Of a stretch of DNA of 44,465 nt, positions 26,378-35,289 are shown piece after piece; the first letter of the stretch is position 1, and the number at the start of each line of letters is the position of its first letter. The position numbers and the translations under genes were made by a program. Under the pieces are notes generated by a model that searched no databases, was not told the DNA's origin, and saw only the letters and a program-made list of their open reading frames with translations. This DNA comes from Ignavibacteriota bacterium (lineage in GTDB: Bacteria > Bacteroidota > Ignavibacteria > UBA10030 > UBA6906): positions 3,324-47,788 of the forward strand of contig PMBF01000039.1 of the NCBI GenBank assembly GCA_003152875.1, in the 5' to 3' direction.

Positions 26378-28036
26378 ATGAATCTCTCCCGCCTTGCAGG
26401 AATTACTCTTGTGGCAGTACTGTTCTTCATTCCGGCATGCACAACGCAAACACCCATGGACACACAGCTCGCTTCCAGCATCAAGCGGTTCGCTCCGACC
26501 GTCATCACGGCCGACACCTCAAGACTTTCGGCGGGAAACAAAGCTGCGCTGAAGAAGCTCATCGCCGCAGCCCGGCTCATGGATTCGCTCTATCTCCGGC
26601 AGACGTGGAGCGGCACCATGGAGGTCATGAAAGCACTGGAAGCGGATACCACGCTTGAAGGAAGGGAAACCCTGAGGTACTTCCGGATCAACATGGGTCC
26701 ATGGTCCGGTCTGGACCACGACTCGGCCTTCGTGAAGGGGGTTCCGCCGAGGCCGCCGCAGGCCACCTTTTACCCCGATGACATGAGGAAGGAGGAGTTC
26801 ACCGAGTGGGCTGCGAAGCTTCCGAATTCCGAGAAGGAGAAGGCGACCGGATTCTTCTACGTCATCCGTCGTGATTCGGCCAAGAAGCTGTATGCCGTTA
26901 CCTACAGCACCGAATACCGCGACCTCCTCGGACCCGCGGCCGGCCTGCTCCGCGAAGCGGCGTCGCTGACCGATGATCCCTCCCTGAAGGCCTTTTTGGA
27001 AAAGCGCGCCGACGCCTTCCTGAGCAATGACTATTACGATTCCGACCTCGCGTGGATGGATCTCGACAGCCCGATCGATGTGACGATCGGCCCGTACGAA
27101 TCCTACATGGACCGCCTTTTCAATTACAAGGCGGCGTTCGAGGCATACATCAGCCTCCGGGATGACGCGGAAACTGCAAGACTCGCGCATTTCGCGGGGA
27201 GGCTTCAGGAGATCGAGGACCACCTTCCGATTGATCCCGCCTTCCGCAACCCGAAGCTGGGCGCACTGGCTCCCGTCCGCGTGGTCGACGAAGTCGCCAT
27301 CGGCGGCGAGGCGCTGGCGGGCGTCCAAGCGGCCGCGTACAATCTCCCCAACGACGAGCGCATCGTCAAGGAAAAGGGGAGCAAAAGGGTACTGATGAAG
27401 AACGTTCAGGAGGCGAAGTTCACGCTGATCCTGAAACCGATCGCGGGGGTGGTGCTGGCCCCTGCCCAGCAGCCGCTGGTAGCCTTCGACCCGTTTTTCA
27501 CGCACATCCTCGCCCATGAGCTCATGCACGGACTCGGCCCGCATAACATCACCCTGGCGGGCAGGAAGACGACCGTGAGGCATGAATTGAAGGAGCTCTA
27601 TTCTGCGTTTGAGGAAGCGAAGGCCGACATTTCGGGGCTCTTCGCGCTTCAGTATCTGATCGATGCCGGCGCACTGGACAAGACCCTGGAACAGCAGATG
27701 TACGTGACGTTCCTCACCGGGGTCTTCCGATCCGTCCGCTTCGGCACGAACGAAGCTCACAGCCGCGGAATGGCGATGCAGTTCAACTACCTGTCGGACG
27801 AGGGCGCCTATGTGTACGACGAACAGGCGGGCACCTACAGTGTAGACATCGCGAAGATGAAGGGGGCCGTTCGGAAACTGACGGGGGAGATCATGACGGT
27901 CCAGGCCACCGGAGATTACGGCGCGGCAAAAAGGATGCTCGGCATGGGGGTGATCCGTCCGCCCATGCAGCGCGTGCTGGACAGGCTCTCGGCCATCCCG
28001 GTGGATATCGCACCGGAGTTCCCGCTCGCGGAATAG
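26378..28036 (+). CDS. M49 dipeptidyl-peptidase III-like zinc peptidase (HExxH type), lipoprotein
   Basis: IGPYESY.D; AYNLPND; HELMHGLGP; EEAKAD; lipobox IPAC; AGGAAAGGA RBS. Confidence 0.9.
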   Translation: MNLSRLAGITLVAVLFFIPACTTQTPMDTQLASSIKRFAPTVITADTSRLSAGNKAALKKLIAAARLMDSLYLRQTWSGTMEVMKALEADTTLEGRETLRYFRINMGPWSGLDHDSAFVKGVPPRPPQATFYPDDMRKEEFTEWAAKLPNSEKEKATGFFYVIRRDSAKKLYAVTYSTEYRDLLGPAAGLLREAASLTDDPSLKAFLEKRADAFLSNDYYDSDLAWMDLDSPIDVTIGPYESYMDRLFNYKAAFEAYISLRDDAETARLAHFAGRLQEIEDHLPIDPAFRNPKLGALAPVRVVDEVAIGGEALAGVQAAAYNLPNDERIVKEKGSKRVLMKNVQEAKFTLILKPIAGVVLAPAQQPLVAFDPFFTHILAHELMHGLGPHNITLAGRKTTVRHELKELYSAFEEAKADISGLFALQYLIDAGALDKTLEQQMYVTFLTGVFRSVRFGTNEAHSRGMAMQFNYLSDEGAYVYDEQAGTYSVDIAKMKGAVRKLTGEIMTVQATGDYGAAKRMLGMGVIRPPMQRVLDRLSAIPVDIAPEFPLAE

Positions 28037-28172
28037 CGCTGCTCCTGCGGCTGCCGCCGCAGTGCTCTCTCCTGATTGAGCAAGCAGGGCGCCCCCGCGG
28101 GATTTCGCGGACCTTTGAGGGCAGGGGGAGCCGGGCCGGCGCAACCGGCGGCAGCACCCCGGAGAGAAGCGC
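28036..28172. other. Long nested inverted repeat (rod-like hairpin); possible structured RNA
   Basis: gctgccgccg (28050) / cggcggcagc (28146) is a perfect 10-bp stem; inner gctctctcctg / cagggggagc; apical ccgcgg / tcgcgg. Confidence 0.45.
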
Positions 28173-28224
28173 GAGGCAAGCCTGATCCCGCATCAGGGAT
28201 TCCCATCACGAACGAACCAGTACC

Positions 28225-28998
28225 ATGACCGGCTTGAACGGCAGCATTGTCTGCATCACGGGTGCCAGTGCAGGCATCGGCGCGGCATGCGCAACAGAGT
28301 TCGCAAAACAGGGAGCGGCATTGCTTCTCTCTGCGCGTCGCAAGGATCGGGTCGACGAGCTTGCACGCACCCTTCGCACCAAGCACGGGGTTCGCGTCCA
28401 TACCGGCCGGCTCGATGTCCGGAGCCTGCCCGAGGTAGAGAAGTTTTTCGGCTCGCTGCCGGCCGAGTGGCGGGAGATCGACATCCTGGTCAATAACGCC
28501 GGATTAAGCCGGGGGCTCGAAAGGCTTCAGGAGGGCAAGCCGGCCGACTGGGAGGAGATGATCGACACCAACATCAAGGGGCTGCTCTACGTGACCCGGA
28601 CCGTACTTCCGGGGATGGTGGAACGCAACCGCGGGCACGTCATCAATATCGGCTCGATCGCCGGCCATCAGGTGTATCCCGCAGGGAATGTCTACTGCGC
28701 GACCAAGCATGCCGAGCGCGCATTGAACGAGGGGATGAAGATGGACCTCCAGGGCACAGCCGTGAGGGTCACCAGCATCGACCCGGGGCTGGTGGAGACC
28801 GAATTCAGCGTGGTCCGGTTCCATGGAGATGCGGAGCGGGCATCGCGGACCTATGCCAACATGACCCCGCTTCGACCGGAAGACATCGCCGATCTGGCGG
28901 TCTTCTGTGCCACGCGTCCACCTCACGTGAATATCCTTCAGGCGGTCATCATGCCGACGGCACAGGCGTCCGTCCATCACGTCCACAGGTCCCCATGA
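28225..28998 (+). CDS. YdfG-like NADP-dependent SDR oxidoreductase
   Basis: TGASAGIG; NNAG; YCATK; PGLVETEFS.VRF; RPPHVNI. Confidence 0.93.
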   Translation: MTGLNGSIVCITGASAGIGAACATEFAKQGAALLLSARRKDRVDELARTLRTKHGVRVHTGRLDVRSLPEVEKFFGSLPAEWREIDILVNNAGLSRGLERLQEGKPADWEEMIDTNIKGLLYVTRTVLPGMVERNRGHVINIGSIAGHQVYPAGNVYCATKHAERALNEGMKMDLQGTAVRVTSIDPGLVETEFSVVRFHGDAERASRTYANMTPLRPEDIADLAVFCATRPPHVNILQAVIMPTAQASVHHVHRSP

Positions 28999-29261
28999 CG
29001 GACCAGCATCTGTTCACCGAAGACAATATCGACCGGCAGCTGGAATCGGCACCCTTCACGCTCGGCTACTACACCCTCCATTTCTACACGGAACGGGGGA
29101 AACCGGTGAACAGGGTGACCCCGGCGATCGAGGAATTCTATCTCTATCCGTCGGGCGGGACGCTGCGTGACAAGACGTTCAACATTGTCTTTTATAACTC
29201 CCGGTTTGACACCTACAGAGGATTCAAGCCTCCCCATCTTTCGCGATCAAAAACCGGCTGA
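28995..29261 (+). CDS. Small hypothetical protein (88 aa)
   Basis: ATGA overlap with the SDR stop; abuts murB; strong codon bias; aromatic-rich (EFYLYPSGGTLRD..FNIVFY). Confidence 0.8.
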   Translation: MTDQHLFTEDNIDRQLESAPFTLGYYTLHFYTERGKPVNRVTPAIEEFYLYPSGGTLRDKTFNIVFYNSRFDTYRGFKPPHLSRSKTG

Positions 29262-29267
29262 TTGCAG

Positions 29268-30341
29268 ATGCATGGACATCTCCCCCACATTCAGGAATTT
29301 CTTCCCCTTGCCCCGTACACCACGCTGGGACTCGGGGGTGCGGCGCGGTACTTCGCCGCATGCCGGACCGATGCCGAACTGCGGGACGGGATCGCGCATG
29401 CCCGCGAACGGGGCCTTCCCTTGCTGATTCTGGGCGGGGGGAGCAATCTGGTGATTGCCGACGAGGGCTTTGACGGACTTGTGTTGAAGCTCGAGACCCG
29501 GGGGACGAGCCGGGAAGACGCGCCCGGGGGGGTACGTCTGACTGTTGCGGCCGGCGAAGCATGGGACGAATTCGTGCGCTTGTCGGTGGAGCAGGGACTG
29601 AGCGGTGTGGAATGCCTGTCGGGCATTCCCGGATCCGTGGGGGCGACACCGATCCAGAATGTGGGCGCATACGGTCAGGAGGTCTCCCAGACCATCGCGG
29701 CGGTCGCCGCGACCGACATCCGGACCGGCGAAAGCCGCAGCTTTCTCAACGCCGAATGCCGCTTCGGTTACCGGCAGAGCAGGTTCAAGCTTGAGGATGC
29801 CGGCCGGTATGCCGTAACGGGCGTCACCTTTATGCTACAGGAGGACGGGCGCCCGCAGATCCGGTACCCCGAGCTCCAGAAGAACGTGGCCTCGACCGTG
29901 GATCTCGAAGCACTCTCCCCGGGAGCGCCGGCCCTGCAGGCAGTCAGGGAGTGCGTGCTCGCCCTGCGGCGGAAAAAATCGATGGTCCTTGACCCTTCCG
30001 ACCCCAACACAAAGTCTGCGGGTTCGTTCTTCACGAACCCGGTGGTTTCGTGCGAGGCCGCCGACCGGCTTCGCGCGCGCCATGCCGGCCTCCCCTCGTA
30101 TCCCTCCGGCACCGGGGTGAAGCTGCCGGCAGCATGGCTCGTGGAACACGCAGGGTTCCCGAAGGGGTATCGTTACGGCGGAGCCGCTATTTCGGAGAAC
30201 CACTCTCTTGCGCTCGTAAACCGGGGCACGACAACCGCCGAACTTCTCTCCCTGGCGCGAAGGATCCAGGATGCCGTGCAGGAGCAATTCGGGATACGGC
30301 TGGAACGGGAACCGGTGGTGATCGGGAGTACCTCCGCATGA
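29268..30341 (+). CDS. murB: UDP-N-acetylenolpyruvoylglucosamine reductase
   Basis: LGGGSN; GIPGSVGATPIQNVGAYG; FGYRQSRFK; SAGSFFTNP; HSLALVN; LEREP. Confidence 0.96.
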   Translation: MHGHLPHIQEFLPLAPYTTLGLGGAARYFAACRTDAELRDGIAHARERGLPLLILGGGSNLVIADEGFDGLVLKLETRGTSREDAPGGVRLTVAAGEAWDEFVRLSVEQGLSGVECLSGIPGSVGATPIQNVGAYGQEVSQTIAAVAATDIRTGESRSFLNAECRFGYRQSRFKLEDAGRYAVTGVTFMLQEDGRPQIRYPELQKNVASTVDLEALSPGAPALQAVRECVLALRRKKSMVLDPSDPNTKSAGSFFTNPVVSCEAADRLRARHAGLPSYPSGTGVKLPAAWLVEHAGFPKGYRYGGAAISENHSLALVNRGTTTAELLSLARRIQDAVQEQFGIRLEREPVVIGSTSA

Positions 30342-30982
30342 CTCCGGTGTTTATCTTTGACTACGGAAACGTGCTTTCTGTCGTCGACACGGGCATCTTC
30401 GGGCGAAAGGTCCTCCGGTATGCTGGCTGCTCATTCGAGGAGCTGCGTGAGCGGCATGGACGGACCCGCGAGCTGGTCATCGCCTACGAGTCCGGCTCGA
30501 TGGACACGGATGCATTCATCCCCGCATTCATGGAGAAGCTCGGCCTCAGGATGTCGCGCGAGGAGTTCATCGCAGCCTGGTCGGATTTCTTCATTCCCAT
30601 TCCTTACACGCGCACTCTGGTGCGGGCGGTCAAGCCTTACTGCACGGTGGCGCTGCTTTCGAACACCAACCCGCTCCATTACGAACACGTGATCCGCCCC
30701 ACGGACGTCTTCCCGCTGTTCGATGCTGTCACGCTCTCGTACGAGGCCGGAGCCATGAAACCTGCGCCGGTGATCTATCACGACATGCTGGAGAAGCTCA
30801 AAGTACGGACCGGCGATTGTCTCTTTATCGACGATCTCCGCGAGAATGTGGAGGCGGCCAGAGCGGTCGGGATGCAGGCCCTGCTTTTCACGACGCCGGA
30901 AGAATTCCACGAGAAGCTTCTCGCCCTTCCCCTCGACCCTGTGTTGAACAGAGCACTGAAGGACATTCGAACACACACTTGA
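30338..30982 (+). CDS. HAD-superfamily phosphatase (YihX-like)
   Basis: FDYGNV; LSNT; MKP; FIDD; ATGA overlap with the murB stop. Confidence 0.9.
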   Translation: MTPVFIFDYGNVLSVVDTGIFGRKVLRYAGCSFEELRERHGRTRELVIAYESGSMDTDAFIPAFMEKLGLRMSREEFIAAWSDFFIPIPYTRTLVRAVKPYCTVALLSNTNPLHYEHVIRPTDVFPLFDAVTLSYEAGAMKPAPVIYHDMLEKLKVRTGDCLFIDDLRENVEAARAVGMQALLFTTPEEFHEKLLALPLDPVLNRALKDIRTHT

Positions 30983-30989
30983 GAATCCC

Positions 30990-31364
30990 ATGCTCACACC
31001 CACACATGTACGATCAGCCACCCGCATCCACGCGGCCGGGAGCAAACCCAAGACCATCGAAGAATTCGTCGGCAGGGTCAACACCGGCACGGAAGAGGTG
31101 AGTGTCGCCCGCATGCAGAGTCCGGAGGGATGGGTGGAACCGGGGCAGAAGCCGGACTTCGAAGAGTACACCATCGTCCTCCGCGGCACGCTGCATGTTG
31201 AGTTCCGCGGCGGAAGCATCGATGTCCACGCCGGTCAGGCGGTCATTTCCCACAAAGGGGAATGGGTGAAGTACAGCTCTCCCTATGAAGGAGGAGCTGA
31301 CTACATCGCCGTCTGTGCTCCGGCTTTTTCGCCCGGCACGGTGCATCGTGAGGTGAATCCCTGA
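30990..31364 (+). CDS. Cupin-domain protein
   Basis: EPGQKPDFEEYTIVLRG...AGQA...GEWVKYSSP; C.PAFSP. Confidence 0.85.
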   Translation: MLTPTHVRSATRIHAAGSKPKTIEEFVGRVNTGTEEVSVARMQSPEGWVEPGQKPDFEEYTIVLRGTLHVEFRGGSIDVHAGQAVISHKGEWVKYSSPYEGGADYIAVCAPAFSPGTVHREVNP

Positions 31365-31389
31365 AGATATACCGGTTGCTGGAGGCTTC

Positions 31390-32205
31390 GTGAACCTAAG
31401 GTGTTCGACTGCAGTCCTGCGAGCGGCAGTCGTGCTGGCTCTCGCTCCGCACCTTTCCCCTGCTCAGTCCGACAGTGTCGCCGATTTGAGCCGCTTCTTC
31501 GGCAGGTTTCAGGGGGCGTTCGTCGCCTATGACACCCGCACGCATGTGACTCTCCGGCACAATCCCGGACTGTGTGCGCGCCAATTTTCTCCCGCATCGA
31601 CGTTCAAGATTCCGAACTCCCTGATCGGGCTCGAGTCGGGGGTAATCAGGGACCAGCATTTTGTGATTCCCTGGGACAGCGTGCGGCGCCCGGTCGAGGC
31701 CTGGAACCGGGACCACGACCTGGCTTCCGCCATCGCCTTCAGCGTTGTGCCGTACTATCAGGAGCTGGCTCGCAGGGTCGGGCCGGAGCGGATGCAGCAC
31801 TATCTCGACACGCTCGGCTACGGGAACCGGGACATCTCGGGCGGCATCGACCGGTTCTGGCTGGGCAGATCGCTCCTCATCTCGCCCGACGAACAGGTGG
31901 CCTTCCTCCTCAGACTGCGCGCTGACGCAGTACCGTTTTCACGCCGTTCCATTGACATCGTGAAGGAAATCCTCATCGGGGAATCAAACGATCGCTGGAC
32001 GCTCCGGGCCAAGACCGGGATGGCCACACTGGATTCCAACCGTGCCGTCGGCTGGTATGTCGGATGGGTGGAGCGAGGTGACGGAGCCGTCATTTTCGCC
32101 GCCTGCATCCCGACGAAACGTGCCAAGGAGGATGGAGAGGCGATCTTCAATCAACGCAAACCCATCGCCATTGCGATCCTGAAAGCGCTCGGCGTCATTG
32201 ATTAG
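31390..32205 (+). CDS. Class D (OXA-type) beta-lactamase family protein
   Basis: Signal peptide; PASTFK (SxxK); SVV; YGN; FWL; KTG; GWYVGWVE. Confidence 0.92.
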   Translation: MNLRCSTAVLRAAVVLALAPHLSPAQSDSVADLSRFFGRFQGAFVAYDTRTHVTLRHNPGLCARQFSPASTFKIPNSLIGLESGVIRDQHFVIPWDSVRRPVEAWNRDHDLASAIAFSVVPYYQELARRVGPERMQHYLDTLGYGNRDISGGIDRFWLGRSLLISPDEQVAFLLRLRADAVPFSRRSIDIVKEILIGESNDRWTLRAKTGMATLDSNRAVGWYVGWVERGDGAVIFAACIPTKRAKEDGEAIFNQRKPIAIAILKALGVID

Positions 32206-32434
32206 CAACAGCTTCCGGAACAGGCCGCGCACCGGGGCTGAGGCGGATCAGCGTGCATCGCTCACATGTTCTTCCGGTCCCCCACGCCCCCGAACGCTCC
32301 CCTTCTCCCCGGGTCAGGAGAGGTGAGAGAGGCCGGGATGCACCGCTGAGCCAGGCCGAGGAACTTTTCGGCCGGATCCATGACGTGTCCGAAAGCCGAA
32401 GCATCATACTCTATCAACCACCTGCTCCGGGGTC

Positions 32435-33082
32435 ATGCCCACCACCGCCCTGAAACTCTTCCGCGAGACGTTTCCGGAGGTCATGCGTTTCTTCACCCTG
32501 AACGCCATGCGCCGTGAACTTTCCGGGTGCCGCAGCGTGCTCGACCTGGGATGCGGGGGCCTGTCCCCCACCTCTCTTCTCCGGATTGAGCAGTCGACCG
32601 CCGTGGATGGGTTCGCCCCCCTGCTTGAAGCCGCGCTGAAGAACCACACGCACACAGAGTACCACTGCGCCGACGTAAGAACGATCGATACAATCTTCCA
32701 GCCGAAGCAGTTCGACTGCTGTGTTGCTCTCGACCTTATTGAGCATCTCTCCACCGAGGACGGCCTTGCCTTGATCAGGTCGATGGGGAAGTTGGCGCGG
32801 CGAAAGATCGTTGTGTTCACTCCGAACGGGTTCCTTCACCAGGCCAGCCATGAGGGGGACCTGCAGGAGCATCTCTCCGGCTGGACAGCCCCGCAGATGC
32901 AATCCCTCGGGTTCAAAGTGTACGGCATGCTCGGCCACCGGGGATTGCGCGGAGAGGAGCACCGGCACAGGATCCGTCCCCGCGCCCTTTCCGGCGTTGC
33001 CGCACTGCTCACTCATCTGGCCTGGACCAGCCGGCACCCCGACGTTGCGGCTGCCCTCCTCTGCGTCAAGGAACTGTCCTGA
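32435..33082 (+). CDS. Class I SAM-dependent methyltransferase
   Basis: VLDLGCG; FDCCVALDLIEHL; FTPNGF; HLSGW. Confidence 0.88.
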   Translation: MPTTALKLFRETFPEVMRFFTLNAMRRELSGCRSVLDLGCGGLSPTSLLRIEQSTAVDGFAPLLEAALKNHTHTEYHCADVRTIDTIFQPKQFDCCVALDLIEHLSTEDGLALIRSMGKLARRKIVVFTPNGFLHQASHEGDLQEHLSGWTAPQMQSLGFKVYGMLGHRGLRGEEHRHRIRPRALSGVAALLTHLAWTSRHPDVAAALLCVKELS

Positions 33083-33310
33083 TTTCCCCGTCAGACGGGG
33101 GGAAAGAATGGGCCGAGCACTTTTCGCAGCCGGCTCACCCGGCAGGTGCCGCATGGGCGGGGCAGGAGCACGAGAACGAAGAGTACCGCCGGGCCCTCAC
33201 ATGCCGGGGTACAATCGAACACCTCGCTGAAACAGATGATTGGACTGACACCATCGCATCCCTGGCGTATCCCTGAAGGTCACTCCCAACACACAGCTCC
33301 GAGGTGCATC

Positions 33311-34246
33311 ATGCGCTGGACAATCGTGGCACTCCTGGTCCTTTTGCTCCCCTGCGGTTCCTCCGCACAGCAGATGATCAAGGTGAACATGGTGGAACTG
33401 TACGACAAGGTCCCCCCGCCTCCTGTTGACGCAAAGGAAGCTTTCGCTCGCTGCGAAAAAGTCGGTGAAGACAATCCGACGAATTGCAGTCCGGAAAAGT
33501 TCTACCAGCCCATTGTCGGCAAGGCACAAGAGCTGACGAAACAGCTCGAAGAAACCTCTATGAAGCTCGTCGAGCCTGATAAGGGATCCTTAACGAAGGC
33601 GAATGCCGAGGAGATCCAGAAGAAGATGGAGACAATGAGCCAGGAGGAGAAAGTAAAATACGCCATGGAGTTGAGCAACCAGATGGGTCTCGGTCAAAGG
33701 AAGGTGGTCGTCGAACCGCCTTCCGTCACCGCCTTCATGCAGGAGTATTCCAAGGTCAGCCTCGAGACCGGCAAGGACATGCAGAAGATCGGGGAGGAGT
33801 CCCGGAAGGACCAACAGATGGGGGAGGACCGCTGGAATAAGCACAAGGATATTGATGAGTGGACGAGGAAGGAGATGGATAAGATCCCGGAAATCAGCAC
33901 CGGGGAGATGAGCTATCGGGAGCCCAAAGCGGAACACGCACTTCTTCTGAAATCAGCCGAGAAGCACATTGCTCTGGAAAACGAATACCTCAAGTGGCGC
34001 AGGAAACAGTTTCAGACGGAGCTGGACAAGGACAAGAAGCGGTATATCTCTCTCCAGCAGAAGGTGGCGGCAACGGGGTATGGCGAGGAGGCAAAAAACC
34101 TGGAGACGAAGAGAATGGTGATATCGGCTCAGGGTATTCTGCTCGGCCCCGTTGAAGGGCTGACGGGAATGTCGCGCGACGCCACGAAGGAAGCCGCCGA
34201 TTGGTACGCGAAGAAGCTGGAGCTGGAGAAACAGAAGCCGCAGTAA
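33311..34246 (+). CDS. Secreted helical/coiled-coil hypothetical protein
   Basis: GAGGTG RBS; signal peptide MRWTIVALLVLLLPCGSSAQ; K/E/Q-rich helical body. Confidence 0.85.
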   Translation: MRWTIVALLVLLLPCGSSAQQMIKVNMVELYDKVPPPPVDAKEAFARCEKVGEDNPTNCSPEKFYQPIVGKAQELTKQLEETSMKLVEPDKGSLTKANAEEIQKKMETMSQEEKVKYAMELSNQMGLGQRKVVVEPPSVTAFMQEYSKVSLETGKDMQKIGEESRKDQQMGEDRWNKHKDIDEWTRKEMDKIPEISTGEMSYREPKAEHALLLKSAEKHIALENEYLKWRRKQFQTELDKDKKRYISLQQKVAATGYGEEAKNLETKRMVISAQGILLGPVEGLTGMSRDATKEAADWYAKKLELEKQKPQ

Positions 34247-34324
34247 TCGGAGAAGCGGCCGGGGGTCCGGATGAGGAACGGACGGAACGACTGTGTGTCC
34301 GCGGGATGATCCGACATGAGGAGG

Positions 34325-34347
34325 CTACCGGCGCGCTCCCGGACTGC
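34325..34347. repeat. Direct-repeat copy of the hrpB 3' end (partner at 37875-37897)
   Basis: ctaccggcgcgctcc identical over 15 bp and 20/23 overall; both copies read (S/K)PGARR-stop on the minus strand. Confidence 0.55.
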
Positions 34348-34534
34348 CCCGGACGAGAGAAGGAGGATGGGCGACACGGGAAAGGTCAAATGGCCTGCGT
34401 TGTCCACCCGTAGTCTACGTGTCCGCACTGTACATCCAGGGTTCGTTAGGCCCGGGGCCGTGAATCGAATGGGTCGGCCGGCAATTGGGGCAATAAACGA
34501 TCTGCCCTCCGCGGTGCTCCGGTATGGGATGGAT

Positions 34535-34558
34535 TGTGACGTCCGGGGGGCCGTCACA
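34535..34558. promoter_or_regulatory. Palindrome, candidate enhancer (UAS) for a sigma54 activator
   Basis: TGTGACG-N10-CGTCACA, ~100 bp upstream of the -24/-12 element. Confidence 0.4.
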
Positions 34559-34650
34559 CAGGAGACCTGATTCTTTCTCATGGCTGGGAAAGTGGGGGAT
34601 GAGGGGATCACGGTGTGAGGAAAACCAACCAGAAAACCGACAATTCGCCA

Positions 34651-34666
34651 TGGCATGCAATTTGCC
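34651..34666 (+). promoter_or_regulatory. Sigma54 (-24/-12) promoter
   Basis: TGGCATGCAATTTGCC versus consensus TGGCACG-N4-TTGCW, with exact GG-N10-GC spacing. Confidence 0.75.
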
Positions 34667-34729
34667 ACTCAGGATGAAGGCCGGGGGCCTTCAGTGAATT
34701 GCGCTCCTTCATCCAACGTAGAGAATACG

Positions 34730-35104
34730 GTGCGTTCGATCCGAATCCCAATCATGGTATCGATCATTGTGGCGTTGACGTCGCCGGCATTGTCATTCTC
34801 CGGAGACATCATCGGGGTCGCAGTGGAACAAACCGCCGGTACCGCTGATGAAGGCAATTTCCATGGTGATGAGGATACACACGGAGTCGCATCAGCCGCA
34901 CTGGTCACAAGAGCGCCTCGTCGTGAGACCGGTAAGAGGCACACCGCCGTCCGACTCCTGCCAACGGGATCATGTCTTTCGTCGATGCATCAGCGTTTAG
35001 CTCTTCCTGTTAACGTACGCGGGGCTCGACGCGAGAGTGCGGCCGGCCGATCCTCGTGTCACCCACACGATATTCCTCTGTACGTTTGTTCCCTGCTGAT
35101 TTGA
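34730..35104 (+). CDS. Putative exported leader protein (~124 aa) upstream of the P-type ATPase
   Basis: Signal-like MRSIRIPIMVSIIVALTSPALS; C-terminal HPHDIPLYVCSLLI. ATG 34655 lies inside the sigma54 promoter, so GTG 34730 or ATG 34754 is preferred. Confidence 0.6.
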   Translation: MRSIRIPIMVSIIVALTSPALSFSGDIIGVAVEQTAGTADEGNFHGDEDTHGVASAALVTRAPRRETGKRHTAVRLLPTGSCLSSMHQRLALPVNVRGARRESAAGRSSCHPHDIPLYVCSLLI

Positions 35105-35289
35105 TCTTCGCCCTTCCTTTTTGACCTGGAAGAGACACCTTTGTCCATGGGTTCCATGAACATGCCCCGGCGTTGAGGGAGATCGAAGCCATGGTTCCCT
35201 TGTGGGCAGTCATCCCGACGTTCTTGCCTGCTCGAATCCAGGAAATCTTCTGTAGTCATGATGAACACACAACACACGGTGACCCTGCC

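Noticed and set aside
28036-28172. Hairpin as SRP RNA or 6S RNA
   Set aside because: No SRP domain IV consensus; shorter than typical 6S and not in the zapA/ygfA/rny context. Kept only as an unidentified structure.
32290-32345. CCCCTTCTCCC...GGAGAGG and GGGGGATGAGGGG (34590-34606) as REP-like elements
   Set aside because: Too degenerate and not clearly repeated within the window.
34316-34570. 84-aa ORF with an AAGGAGG-like sequence
   Set aside because: The SD abuts the internal ATG with no spacing, composition is not protein-like, and it overlaps the putative regulatory region.
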